Assembly: GCA_958009085.1 (NCBI GenBank)
Contig: OY253672.1
Location: 1,364,001 to 1,428,000 of the forward strand
Direction of reading: 5' to 3'
DNA length: 64,000 nucleotides
Source of the DNA: Protoeuglena noctilucae
Taxonomy: Eukaryota
The notes under the pieces were generated by a model. That model did no database searches, was not told where the DNA came from, and was given only the letters and a program-made list of their open reading frames with translations. The position numbers and the translations under genes were made by a program. Below are positions 11,294 through 24,179 of this stretch, one piece after another (the stretch's first letter is position 1; each line of letters opens with the position of its first letter).

Positions 11294-11613
11294 GAGCCAC
11301 CCGTTCGGACGCCTGCGTCGCGAATGCTCGGGCGGCGCTTCTGCGAAGCCCGGAGACAGTCAGCTCGGGACGAAGGTGCTGGCTTGAGACGAAGGTGCGG
11401 GTTGCGGGGCGTGGCTCTTGATGCGCGTGAGGCCACAGTCCGGGAAGCTAAGATGTGATGTGGCAAATCATACAACTTGCCCGGGGGGACGAGGGTGGAG
11501 GCGGGGCATCCTCCTGGCGTAAACGCCAACCCTAACACAAATTTCCTGACAAAAGCGTTGCTTCCTCGCGCAGGCACAAGCTTGACGTACAGAGAACACG
11601 TTTGGCACTTCTC

Positions 11614-11655
11614 ATGGAGCCTCGCTCCGACCTGGGCGTCGCTCGGCGTCGCTAG
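11614..11655 (+). other. Possible 13-codon upstream ORF (MEPRSDLGVARRR*) before the gene at 11677
   Basis: ATG at 11614, TAG at 11653-11655, 21 nt before the next ATG. Only relevant if the transcription start lies upstream. Confidence 0.3.
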
Positions 11656-11676
11656 CTATTCCATAGCCCGGACTCG

Positions 11677-12359
11677 ATGGTCTGGCCCGCCGTGGGGCTC
11701 GCCGCCCTCGTGGTGGCGAAGAAATTGGCAGGTGCGTGGCTTTGGAGCTTCAGGCGGTGCGAGAGACGCGAATTCTGCGCTCGCATGCTGCACAATAGGT
11801 CGGGGCGATCGTGCCGCATGCCCCCGGCCCAGCGCGGGTCCCCAGGGCCACACCTGGAGCCCGCTGACGTAAGTATCGCGTGCATGCAGTGGTTGCTGTG
11901 GCCCAGAGCATTGGGCTGCCCCGCGTGTATCGCTACGGCGTGCGCGCCTCCCGGAAACTGGAAGCGACGCTGCCGGGTGTTGGACTGGGCTACACTGCGC
12001 GCCAGGGCGTCAAGGCGTTCGTGAAGGTGCTTGCAGTCGCGGCAGGGAGTTCTTGTTACTTTGCCGCTGGCCTGCTGAGCCCCTGCGACTGTCTCTCCAC
12101 CCTGGCACCCCCGCAGGTGGGGAAGAAGCTAGACCTGAAGCGCATGGTGGGCGCCAGCAAGAGCAAGCCAGAGGAGCGCCAATTCAGCAGTTCGGCATTC
12201 AGGAAGCAAGAGCAGCGAGTAGGAGGCACGACAGGGCGCGGGCAGGCCCTCACGAGGGGCGCGGCGGTTGGGTGGGTGAAGACGAGGCCTGGGCAAGCTT
12301 GGGAGGTCGCCACCCGGGGAAATGGAACCACGCCGCCCCCTCCCAAGAGCCCCCAGTGA
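11677..12359 (+). CDS. Small basic protein with a hydrophobic N-terminus, function unknown
   Basis: Three exons joined by GT-AG introns: MVWPAVGLAALVVAKKLA|VVAVAQSIGLPRVYRYG...KAFVK|VGKKLDLKRM...PKSPQ*. Confidence 0.6.
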
Positions 12360-12554
12360 TTCCTGTGAGGTTTCCGTGACAGCTTCTGGCATAGAGTGTG
12401 TAGATACTAGCCTTTGCTCTTGTCTTGTTGACAGCGCAGGCCTAGGCAGACACCCACGCACAGCAACCTGTTCGAGTCTACTTGTGTATTCATCGTGCCT
12501 GTCCCCTGCATTTCAATGCAACCATGTGTCACTCCCTACGGCAAGGGCCACCCC

Positions 12555-15500
12555 CTATACTCGGCCCGAGGCAATGTCGTGCAAAGAGGGTCCCTTGGAC
12601 GCCGACGCGGGACCCCGCAGCGTCGGCGAGGGGCCGTTCCCAACGCCAGAGACGCCGTCAGCGGCTGACTCGGGATGGAGCACCGAGAAGGTCGAGAGGG
12701 GCGGCCGGCGGGGCCTGCCCGCGAGGTCGTCCAGCATCCCAGAGAGCGGGCTGCGAGCGACAAGGACGGAAGGGTTTAGGTGCCCCACTGTCCTTCGAGG
12801 TTGCCCCGTGATCGCGCACCTGGCCGGCGCCTTCTGGGTGTTGATAAACATCACCTGGGCCTCCCCGTCGCAACCACGCGGTTCGGGCTCGCCGGGAGCG
12901 ACATGGACGACGCCGTCGGCGTGCCCTGCGCCCGCGTCACGGGCCCGGACGCCGCGGCGCGCGGCCCTCGCTCCTCCTGCCCCATCACCCTCAACGCGGC
13001 GCCTTCGGCGCTGTACGTGCTCCACGCCGACGGCCCCGGCGCCGCCGCAGCGCTGGCCGCGGCAGCACCGGGCGCAACGCCGGTGTGCCGGGCCCAGCCT
13101 TCGTCCCCCGACCTCACGGACGAGGGCGGTTGGGACCCCCAGTGCGCGGACACGGGCCCACGGCTCGCGAGGCCCGCCGTCTCGGGCCCCGAGTGCGGCA
13201 CCGCGTCCACCCAGTCGAGCCCGGACGAAGCCACGGGCCGCCCCGACGTTGCGCCTGCCTGCGCGCCCGGCCTGTCGCCGTTTGCCGCAAGCGGGGATGC
13301 CGTGCTGGGGGCAGGGACTGAGCCGTGCACGGACACGTGCCGCACGCCCACGCCCGGCGGAGCCCCTGTGTCCCTGCGCGCGTCGTACGCAGCCACGTAC
13401 GACCCCCCCGCGCCCGCCTGCGTCGTCGCGTACTGGTCCGCGTAGCTCCCCGTCCCTGCCGCCACCCCGGGCGCAGAGCTTGTCAGCGACGGGGCGCCGA
13501 CCGGCTGCCCGAACGCGCGCGACGCCGGGGCGTAGCCGCGGGACTCCGGAACGCCGGCGTTGACCCCATCGCTGGGCGCCCGCGGCCCGGCACCCAGAAG
13601 CCGTTGGGCGAGGCTGCCACGCGCGAGCGCTTGCCGCGCCTCCGCTGCTGCCTCCATCCAACTCAGCGCGGTGCCGGCGGGGGCGGCCTGCGTCGCAGAT
13701 GCGCCCTGGCTGAGGCCCTCCTGCTCCCGAGGGGTGCTGGCAGAAGCAACCCCCGCAGGCGCGTCCCGGGCAGACACGCCCATCGCACCGACGCCGCCGC
13801 GGGAGTCCTCCCAGTCCTCGCGGATGCCAGAGACCTCCAGTCGCTGGCCGCCGCCACCGCTGCCAAAGCCCGCGCTTGCCCCGGCTGCGGGCCTCCCTGC
13901 CGGGTCTGGGCCTGCAGCCGCGGCCCTAGGGGTCGCAGCACCGTTCACGGCGGGAAGCGGGGCATTCCACGCTCTGTCTGCCACTCCGCCTGTCCCCGCC
14001 GCCCCCGGCCGCTCCCCCGCCTCGCGCGCTGCCCCAATCGCCACCCCGTCGCTCCTCACGCCCACCAGCTCCTCCAAAGCCGGCGCGCCCACCCTGGACT
14101 GCAGCACCTTGGCCTGCCCTGCCAGCGCCTCCTGCAGCGCCCGCTTGGACTGGGCCAGGTTCTGGTTTAGCTGCTGCAGCCGAGCCGTTTCCGACCTGAG
14201 GAGACACGGGACGGAGAGGACAGCGATCACGGAAATCCATTATTCGCGACACGAGCATAAGATTACCATATCATACTACTGTCGAATTGCTTACACCAGA
14301 CTGGCCAGCCAACTGGTCTCCTTGCCTGAGCGCGTCGTTCTCGCCCTGCAGCTGCGTGGCCCTTGTGCGCGTTGAGGAGAGCTCCACCTCCATCGACGCC
14401 CGGGCATCCAGTGCCGCCTTCAAATCCTCCAGGGCGCGGGTCAGGCGGCCCCTGAGGGTGCGGGGTTGGTGGGGTTCGCAGTGCGCTCTGTTGCACAAAC
14501 GTGAGTTGCTCCGGGAGTCCAGCAAACCGCTCCAGCACTTCGCGCAAGCCAGTGATGTCTTCTCGTATCACAGCCACGCTTGACATCGCCCACCGCAACC
14601 CCTCACCTCGTCTCCGCATCCCGAAGCGCCTGCTGCTGCACCGTGGCGCTCAGCTGGGCCTCCAGGGCCATGACCTTGCGACTGAGGGCCTCGTTGCGGG
14701 CCACCAGGTCCCTCGACTCCGCCTCCGCTTCCCTCGGCGCCTTGCCTGGGGCCTCGGCTGCGGCCCCGGTGCCCGACATGAGCCGCGCGATCTCCTGGCG
14801 CTGGGCGTCCACCTGCGGCAGGGAACGAGAGCGACGGGAGGGAGTGGTATGAGAAGACACGAACATAGTTAGTTGCAGAGGGCCGGCTCTGGCTGGGATG
14901 AAGGTCCGGTGCACGCTGAAGTGTCGTGAGCATAACCGTGGGTTGACTGGTGGTAAGTGTCGCGCTGTCGAGGCGCAGGTCCCTCACCTGCGCGTGCACG
15001 TTGCCGAGCTCCTCCACCAGTGCCCTCTCCGTGTGCTGCAGCCTCTCCACCTCGGCACGCAGCGCCTCAGTCTCCGCCCCCGGTGCAGCAGGGGCGCGCT
15101 GCACGGCCGTGTGCAGGTGCGCGTTGGCTGCCGCCAGCTGCCCCTCCAGCCGCGTGATGTGCGCCTCGCACTCCCCCACGCGCGCGCGCAGCTGCCGCGC
15201 AGTCTCCTCACGCTCCCGGACCTCCCGGTCGTGCCTGCACATGCCAGGGCACGCAGCCGATCACGAGCACGCACACGCGCACGTCTCCCGCCTCCATGCA
15301 CTGTTCACCGTCCCAAGCCCTCCAGTGCAAGAACTTCTCTACCGTGTTTGAACGCCACGACAGCCCTTCACCATCTCTGAAGGCCCTCGCTGCTCACCTG
15401 GCCCCCATCTCTTCCGCCTGTGCCGCCCAGTGCCCCTGGGCCTGCCTCGTGGCCTCCCTCATCGCCGCCTCCACCTTCGCCTCCGCATCCGCCTGCACGC

Positions 15501-17547
15501 GCTCCACCTCCGCCCTCAGCTGCCGCGCCTCCACGTCTCTTCCCATAAACTCGTCCTCCAGCTGCTGCATCCGCTCCCCCATCTGCTCCACCCTGCAAAT
15601 GACGAAGGCACTCACGCCATCAGAAGGGGTCGGCCCGGCAACGCTACTCTCTTGACCCAATGCGCTCGGCCGCGAATCCTGTCATGCCGAACAGCAATTC
15701 GGTACGCAGTCCCAGCCACGTTGTACGACACCCATCCTCACCGCTGCTCCGCCGCCGCTGCCCGCGCCACTGCCGCGTCGCACTGACCCTCCAGCGACTG
15801 CACTGCGGTCTCCAGCGCGGCCTTCTCCCCGCGGAGACGCGAGCACTGCGTCCGGAGATCCTCCTGCGAGCGCCGTGAGACCACCAGGCTCAGCTCAAGG
15901 TTCGAGGAAGCACGGGCTGCAGGGTGGCAGTTGACTGAGGTTACAAACCAGCCATCAAGCATCGAGAGGAGGCTGGTTAAATGACGCTGGAGCTGGCGAG
16001 GGCACTGCCAGCCCCTCGCCCGCCCAGGCCGGCGGGGACAATCCCACCGTCCGCCCTCACCTCCCGCCGCTCGGCGCCTGCCCGTGCCGCCGCCGCCTGG
16101 TCCGCCGCACGCGTGGCCTCCGCCAAGCGCGCTGCCAGCCGCGATTGGTCCTCTCGCGCACGCGCTACCGCGAACAGGAGGCGGCCCACGGGCTCATCCC
16201 CCGCCTGTGCTGCGGGCCGCCCCGCTGCGAAGTTCTCCCCCAGCTCCTCCTCCCCGAGTTCAAGGGCTGCGCGGAGGACCTGAGGAGGCGGAGAGGCACC
16301 GGCAGCGTCTGGGCCAGTGGGCGCTGAGAAGGCCACGAAACTGCAACACGCCCTTTGTGAGGCAGCGCTTGGGTGCGTCTGTTGCCACCCAAAGGGATCC
16401 CTGCCGCCACCCCCTCACTTTCAATTGCTCTTTGCTCGTCTCCGCCACGCCCTCCGCCACGCGTCTCCCCAGTCGCGCCTCCTCCAGGGCCCCCGCCAGC
16501 TCGACCACCTTGGCCTCCAGGCGCCGCAGCTCCGCCGTGGCCCCGTCCATCCGCCCCAGGCTGTCCAGGAGGTCCACCCTGGCCTGAAGACGCCGCACGG
16601 TCGCGTCGTCCGTCGCTGCCCGGGCGCGCAATGCAGTGATCTCTGCCCCCAGCGCCTCGATCGACTGGTAAGCGTCCTCCAGCCGCCGCGATTTGTCCTG
16701 CAGCTCCCGTCGCACATCACGTAGAGTGCGGCGGAGCATGTCTGCAGAACCGGCGGGGGCGGGCGCGTCCGAGCAGCCCGGGAAAGCAATCTGCTGACAA
16801 CGGCCCCTCAAGGCGCCGGATGCGAAAGACATGGGACGAGCGGGATGGCAACTGCGCAGTAAAAGCTTGCCTGAGGTCTGGTCGAGGCTCTCCGCCCTCG
16901 CAGACGCCTGGTTGAGCGTCTCCGTCAAAACGCGGACCCGCGAGTCGGTGATGGGCCGCGCGAGCATCGCCGCCGGGGAGTCGGTCATACTGGGGCGTAG
17001 AGGAAGCACATAAAATCACAATTCCGTTCAGAAAGCAAGTGGATGACAGCGATGTCGCGCGGGACAGCACGCAAGATGCTCAAACATTCATTCGCCGCTG
17101 CAGGGAGCGCGGCGCGGTAACATGTCCCGGCATCGCCTAAGTCAGCTTCAGATGCTTCCCAACAGGCATATGGCTGTCTCCAAAGGACGCGATCGCGAGC
17201 GGTTACGCACCTGAAGGGCGCGCCGAAGGATCGCACACCCGCTCCGAGGGAGCTGTCCAGAAAGTGCATGCGACCCGCGTTCACAGGAGTGGGACGCCTC
17301 TTGCTTGCGGAGGCCTGCAGACACGCGATGGCGGACGCACATCGCAAGTGAGTGTGAGCCCAGCAGCGGCATGCTGCTGTGCGGCGAGCGGGCCACGCAC
17401 GCTGCGGGGTCGGCCTGGCTGAGCTGGCTGAGAAGTGGTGGTCTTCGCCGCGGGAGACAGGGGAGCAGCGAGCAAGTCCGCGTCTCGGCGGGTGGAAGCC
17501 GGCCCGCTAGCATACCGCCCAGGCGTCTGGGAACGCCTGGACGCCAT
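12555..17547 (-). CDS. Large multi-exon coiled-coil protein with a low-complexity C-terminus (possibly basal-body/cytoskeletal)
   Basis: ATG 17547 (MASRRSQTPG). Many phase-consistent exons carry heptad-like E/A/R/L/Q sequence (e.g. MLRRTLRDVRRELQDKSRRLEDAY). Last exon ends ...HDIASGRV* at 12555. Confidence 0.65.
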
Positions 17548-17879
17548 TGCCACCGACAAGATGCACTAGACTAGGCAGCAAAGAATCGGCAGCGGGTCCG
17601 ATTCAGGCTCGGGTCTGGCCAACAACACAGGTTACGCGCCCACTGTGTGGATGCGGGTTCACGGCCAGCGATCCCACGCGATCGCAGCACGGATGCGGTG
17701 TGGCATATCACAGGCGAGCATGCGGGTGATGATACGTGCGACAATGAACTCAACTGGCGCATGGTCGCCAGAGAACTGCCGCCGTTCAAAGACTGCAGTG
17801 CTCTTTCAGCGTCGTTGACTGCCGCGTATCGCGGCTGCCGTTCGCCCCAGTCTGGGCAGCCGCCGATGTGGTCCTAGGC

Positions 17880-20800
17880 ATGTCGGGGAGGGATAGTCCG
17901 AGCCGTGGCAGGTGCGCTGACATTGCTGCAAATGCTGTGCCTACAGCGCCCCGCCACTGCTGCCATATCACAAAAACGAGTAATCTGTCTGTCTGCAGGC
18001 CGTCCCGGCTCGCGTCTCAGCAGGCGCTGCGCGCAACGGGCCGGCGTTCCCCCTCGCATGACGGGCGGCCAGCTCCCCGCAAGGTCGGCAGCGCGGGGTC
18101 GTCGGGCGCCACCCCGACACGGACCTTATTCCAGCGTTCGTATGGGCCAGCTCGGACCAAGTCCCCGCCGCTCCCCAACCCTCTCCCACGGCTGAGCATC
18201 AGCCGCGCAGGACCTTCAGCCCCCGCAACGACGCCGTCGAGCAACCGGACGGCGCCGCAGCAGACCCCGTCGATCACATATGTGCATGACCAGGTCTTGG
18301 CGAGGCCCTCGAGGGACGGGCCGGCCGCTAGGCCGGAGGGCGGGCTCACAGCCGAGACAGGCAGGACGCGATCGCCGCTTCCCGCGGAGCCTGCACCTCC
18401 ATTCGGCCCGAACGAGCTGACCGGTCCAGTCCGCGCACGGCGGGGTCGGTGGACGCAGTTGAGTTCCTCCGAAGGCCAGGGACCGTCGTCGCTCTTTCGC
18501 TGGTCGACCCTGCAGCCGGACATGCCACACGAGGCCCTGCTGGCCCGCGCGGCATCGGCTCGCGCTCGGCGCAAGAGCAGGACGTCGCGTGGGGAAGCGT
18601 CCAGCGGGTCCCGCAGCCGGAGGGCCAGCTCGGGGCGCCCGGCAACGGCCTCAGCGACGTTGGGAGCCGCAGGCGACGTTGCAGGGGTGGCAGCAGTGAC
18701 GCCGGTCGACGGCTTGGGAACCCAGGTTCAAGAGGGGGAGGGTCCCGTGACGGATGGCGCCAAGGAGGGAGCGGCGCAGGCCTCTCTCGACGTAGGCCAG
18801 CGCGGTGGGGTGGACGCGAGCGGCGACGGTGCGGGAGATCCCGGGAAGGAGGAGCGGGCGCGCCCCGCGACGGCGCGCGTGACGTGGAAGTCAACGGAGG
18901 AGCCAGGGTCGTCTGGGAGGCCCCAGGCAAGCGCACCCCACCACACATGCGCGCAGCCACTGCACCTGCGCCGATTCTTAGCAAGCGGCAGTCGTGTTGT
19001 GTCATGTTCAAACCATGCCTTTTCTCTTGTTCGCAGACCGCGGGCCCTCGGCTGGTGACCCTCCTCCGCGACGGCAGCCCCTTGCCGCCCATCCGCGAGC
19101 GCGAGGGCCAGCCCGGCGTGGGGGTGTCACCTCCGCGCACCCGCCGCTCCGGGGCCGCCGTCAACTCTCCCGAACGTCTCCGCGCCGTGCTGCATCTCCT
19201 AGAGGCGCTCTCACAGGGGTCGCTGAGTGCCGAGGGCCAGTCGTGGGCCTCGAACCTGTCTGACGCGATTGAGGCGGCTCTGGAGGCCGTCATGCCCGCA
19301 TCCATCGATTCGAGTGACTCGCGGGACGTGGCTGGGGAAGGCGCGCAGAGGCCACGACAGCGGAGCGCCGCGTGGGGTGGGAGCGAGGGTGGCGGCAACA
19401 GAGCTGGGGGGTTGGGACGGGCGGGGCGGCCGTGGTCCGCTGTGGCGTCTGCGCGCGACTCCTGGGCCGCGGGCAATGCGTCGGGGGCGGCTCGCGAAGG
19501 CGGCGGGGCAGCGGGCGGTGTCGTGGGGGTTGCGTCTGCGGCAGACCTGTGGCAGAGGCGCGTGCGGCCGATGCGGCATCGTTTCTCGGAGAAGAGCGAC
19601 GGCCGGGGTACCCCTGATCCGGCGGAGCACGTTCCGGCGGAGCACGTAGGCCCACAGCACGTTCCAGCCCGCGGGTCCTCGCGCTCGACGCCGCGGTTCC
19701 CCTGGCGCGGGGCGCTGGCAGCCGAGGGCAGCGACGCTTCACTGAGCGACGGGGCCGCGCGGCGGTCGCGGGCGTGGGCGCGGGACGGGCGGGCGGCTCC
19801 CGGCAGCACGTCTCTGCGCCACAGCACGTTGGGCCCCGCCGCGGGCGACTCGGGGCTCCTGGGCCGCATCGGGCGGCACTTGCGGGACGACCGCCTGGCG
19901 ACGCCGGCGCAGGATATGGTTCCAGAATGGATGAGTCAGGGTCGGCCTGATGACAGTGTCGCGTCGGGGAGTGGGAGCGACGGAGAGGCGTCGCAGGGAG
20001 AGGGTGACTGGGAGGGTGGCTCGCGGAGAGGAAGGGTGGGCGGTATGGAGGGAGGGAGGGACAGGCGGCACAGGCTGGCGAGTGGGGCGGGGTCGGTGGG
20101 GTCAATGGCCGGTGACCGTCGGGCACGGGCAGGGTCCGAGGCAGCAGCGAGGAAAGGGAGCGGACGCCTGGCATGCGGGAGCTCAGGAGCGGGTGGCGGC
20201 ATGGACGGGGTGAGGATGGCGACTGGGCCAGATGCCAGTCGCAAGGGGTGGCGATGCGGCTGTCCTTAGGCCCGCGTCATGCCAGGTGCATGAAGGGTGC
20301 TGATGTCGGACACATAGCCCACTGTTACAATGGTGTTTCTCGCCCCCGCAGTCGAGGCCGGTGTCTCCGGAATCGGAGGGAGATGGCTCAGACGCCGGGC
20401 ACCCGACTCCCCCGCCCATTCAGTGGCTGCCGCACGCCTCCATCAAGCAGGCGCTGACCAGAGAGGCTTCCTCCAGCCAGGTGAAGGCGATTTAGGCCGC
20501 TTGGGGTCGTTAGGAGCGAATGTTGCCCTACCCCTTGCCAGCTGTCGTTGCACGCAAGTCACGGTGTGAAGAGTGAGCATAGTATTGATGTCTCGCACAT
20601 GCAGGTGATGGTGGACGACTCGATGTTCCGGATGATTCGCGACGAGGCGTCGGAGTTCACTCTGATGTTCCGACGTGAGATTGCCGACCACCCGCTTCTG
20701 TGGGTGGCCGAGGCGGGTGACTGGGAGGGGGTCAAAGTGGCTCTGGTGGGGCAGGACCCAAGGGCCACAAGGGGGGTTGAAAAGACGGGGCAAGCAGAGG

Positions 20801-23028
20801 GCGGGGACAAGGCGAGGGATGGCACAGGGGTGGCAGTGGCGACGGGTGCAGTCACGAGCGCCGCACGCGATGGCGGTGGGGCAGCAGGGATTGGAGCGGC
20901 GAGGGCAGCGGCGGACGCTGCCGCAGGGCCGACAGCCCAGGCGCCCCGGGCACCTGCGGCGGTGCCTCTGGGTCTGCCAGCGGCAAAGGACGGCATGAGT
21001 GGGATGGTGACGTGGCGTGGGAGCGCTGCGGTGCCCCCCGGGCGCCAGCCACGCCGCAATGAGCTTGGGGTGGATTTAGAGGATCGGAATTGGCTGGGCG
21101 ACACGGCTCTGCACGTGGCGGCGCGGACGGGCAACTCGGAGATCGTGCGACTGCTGCTCAAGCAGGGCGCGGATCCACTGGCCCAGAGCAACACGGGCGC
21201 GGCGGCCCTCCACGAGGCGGCTCGGGTGGGCAGCGTCGGCGCAGCGCGCATCCTGGTGAGTGCAGTGCAGTGCGCCTGGGCAGTGTCGGTGCAGCGCGCA
21301 TCCTGGTGAGTGCAGCGCGTACAGGGAGTGTCGGCATGGCACACTCATCCTGACCTGTCTTGTACCTATGAGCTACACCTCCTGATCCCTCTTTTGTGCT
21401 TACCCAGCTTCTGCACGCTCGCACGGAGGAGCGCCGCGTTCTGGCGCAGCGCATGGAGGCCGCCAAGGCATCCGGAGACCCAGCGGCTGCGGAGGCGGTC
21501 GTGGGACACCCGGACCTGGCGGGCGGGGCCACGGCGGTTTGCGATTTGACGGGAAAGACTCCGCTGCACTACGCCGTGATGCACGGCTTCAAGGGTGTCG
21601 GTGAGCGCACGGAGGAGCGTGCGCATGGGCGCTGCTCTGTAACAAATCACAAGCGCCTTTGCGACGCTTTTCGGTGTTTGTCATCGCAGTGGACCTGCTG
21701 TTGCGTGAGTTCAAGGCGGACAAGGAGGCCCGAGACCACTTGGGCTACACCCCGCTTCACATGGCGGCGCGGAAGGGGTACAACGACCTCGTGCGAGTCT
21801 TGCGAAGCTTGGTGAGACCACGCATGAGAGCGGAGACGCAGCAGCGACTGCTGCGCCGTGGACATCGTTGTTTGGTATTTGTCATTGGCGTTTGCGTATG
21901 TAAACAGGCTTGGCCATCGTCTCCTCGTTTCCTACGCTCCCAGGGGGCCGACCCGAGCCCGGAGGACAAAGTCGGGTGGACACCCCTGACGCACGCTGCG
22001 GCGCTGGGACACGTGAACGTCGTCCGGACGTTCGTGCAGGACCTGAAGTGCGACACGGGTCACCGCACGCGGCACGGGGAGTCGCTCCTGCACGTGGCGG
22101 CGCGTCACGGGTGAGGTGCCAGCGGGGCACAGCACGTTGGGATCCAAAGGGCATAGCACGATGGTGGTAGACGTTTACAAGCAGAACTTTTCGTTCCTGT
22201 CACTGGACGGTGCCCTGGCAAAGGAGAGGTACCAGTGAGGCTAGGGCATGGGTCGGTCGCTTGTCGTGCCTCAGCCCCGACGGCCCAACTCTCCTCCGCA
22301 ATCGCAGCCAGGCCCGGGTGATCGAGTACCTCTGCAACGTGACGGTGCTCAGCAACGTGGAGATGAACGCGACGTCCCGCGCGGGCATGACGCCGCTGCA
22401 GTGCGCGGCGGCGTTCAACCACGAAGAGGCGGCGCGTCTGCTGATCAAGCACGGGGCGGACGCCACGGCGGAGCTGGTGTGGGGCATGCGGCCTCACGAC
22501 GTGGCACGGGTGCAGGGGCATCGGGAGCTGGGGCGCACGCTGCGGCTGCTGATGGAGGAGCAGGTAGCGGAGACCCAGAGGCTCGAGGCGGAGAGAGCGG
22601 CGGTGGAGGCGGCGCGGAGGGAGCAAGAGGAAAGGGAGAGGCAGGCGGCGGCGGAGGCGGAGGCGAGGGAGCGAGAAGGGCGAAAGGGGAAGGGGCGGAA
22701 GGGGAAGAGGCGGGGGACGAGGCGGGCGGCGCAAGAGGGAGAGGCCCGAGAGGACGACGGGGCCGACGGGGCAGGTGCAGGTGCATATGGGGTGGGAATT
22801 GCACGTGGTTTGTATGAAGGCTTGCAGCTTGCAGCTGACGGCACAATGCCCGCCCTCACGCAGAGGAGGGTGCCGATGCCAGCGGGGAGGAGAGGGAAGG
22901 TGCAGGGGAAAGCTCAGCTGCCAGCGCTGGCGAAGAGGAGGTGTCGGGGAGTGCGAGCGATGCGGAGAGTGGGTCTGTGGAGGAGCACTCGAGCGAAGGG
23001 GGAAGTGGGTCTGCAGAGGAGCTATTGA
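17880..23028 (+). CDS. Ankyrin-repeat protein with a long disordered N-terminus
   Basis: Ankyrin motifs GDTALHVAARTGNSEIVRLLL, GKTPLHYAVMHG, GYTPLHMAARKG, GWTPLTHAAALG, GESLLHVAARHG and GMTPLQCAA lie across spliced exons. The 5' exons link in phase from ATG 17880; the termini are less certain. Confidence 0.85.
21231..21352 (+). repeat. ~50-nt tandem duplication spanning an exon end and 5' splice site
   Basis: CAGCGTCGGCGCAGCGCGCATCCTG|GTGAGTGCAG at 21231 recurs at 21281 with two C>T changes. A degenerate third copy follows at ~21327. Confidence 0.9.
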
Positions 23029-23237
23029 GTGGGGAGTCGAGAGACTTGGGCGAGGAGGAGAGAGCGAGTTTAGGAGAAGTATAGAGATGAACAGTCGGGG
23101 TGGATGGTAACGTGCTTCTGTCGTGCCTCGTTCGTCGTTAGTCGATTTTCAATTGAGAGGACGATCCGTCGTGCAGGTTGTCCGCAGCGCAGCCATGCAA
23201 TCCCGAGCCCGGGGCGCGCCGTTCGCTGCACCGCAAA

Positions 23238-23791
23238 TCACTTCTTTTGCTGCAGCTCTGCCGCCTTCTGGGAGAGCTCCGCCCATCGCATGGCCATCCG
23301 CTGCGTGGAGTTCATGTACTTCTGCGGCGAAGAAAGGCGCGCATAAGACAAGAACACGCGCGAAGCGGGCGGAGAAAGGCGCAGGGCGGAGCGTGCCGCT
23401 GCCAAGCTCGCCTGGAAGCATTTCTGCGAGCACTTGCGCTCCTCGTCCGTCAGCGACTTGTTCCGAAACTCGTTCATACAATCCACGAAACACCGCTCCG
23501 ACAGCTTCTCCTGCGTCGCCATCCTGTGCGCGCACGTGGGAGCAAGGCGTCTCGGGCCCCGCTTGTTTACCAGGAGATGCCTCCGGCGATGTCCCGCGGC
23601 CATCATATGCTATGTAACATGATGCGCACATCGGCTGCGGCTCGGCCCTGCTCGTGCGCTGTGCCTCCGGCGCGGGCACAGCCAAAATGACAGCGTTTTT
23701 TTTTTTTTGCGCGCCCTCACATGTCCTTGATCTGCATCTCCACCTCGATCTGGGCATAGTCCTCCTGAGAGGGCTCCGGAAACTTCTCCAT
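23238..23791 (-). CDS. TIM9: Mitochondrial intermembrane-space chaperone TIM9
   Basis: Exons 23791-23721, 23523-23412 and 23321-23238: ...EMQIKDMMATQEKLSERCFVDCMNEFRNKSLTDEERKCSQKCFQKYM..., a twin CX3C motif. Confidence 0.92.
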
Positions 23792-24179
23792 CGCGCCCCC
23801 GCCGTCTCGAATCGCCGTGTTCCCGGTACGCTGCGCTCACAGCATTCTCCCCTGGCCGCCGCCCCTTCTTCCTTCCCGCTACGACCCCTAAATTGCTCGC
23901 AAAGACTTGCCAGAGAATGCGCACTAGTAGAAGAACAACAGGCGTCGGATTGGCGAGGGGTGGGCTGCGCGGGCGCAGCTGGTGCCTCGCCGCAAACTCT
24001 GACAGCGATGCCAGAGCCGCGTGGTCCACGGCAGTTGATGGAAGGGCAGCAGCTCGTGACGGACCGTGCGCTATAGCTGCACGGGCACGCGGTTGTTCAT
24101 CTGCATTGCGAGATAGGCGAAGGGTTGCGGCCGCAACTTTGCAAAGGCCCGTGGGGGCTCTCTGCACCGCGAGTAGGCC

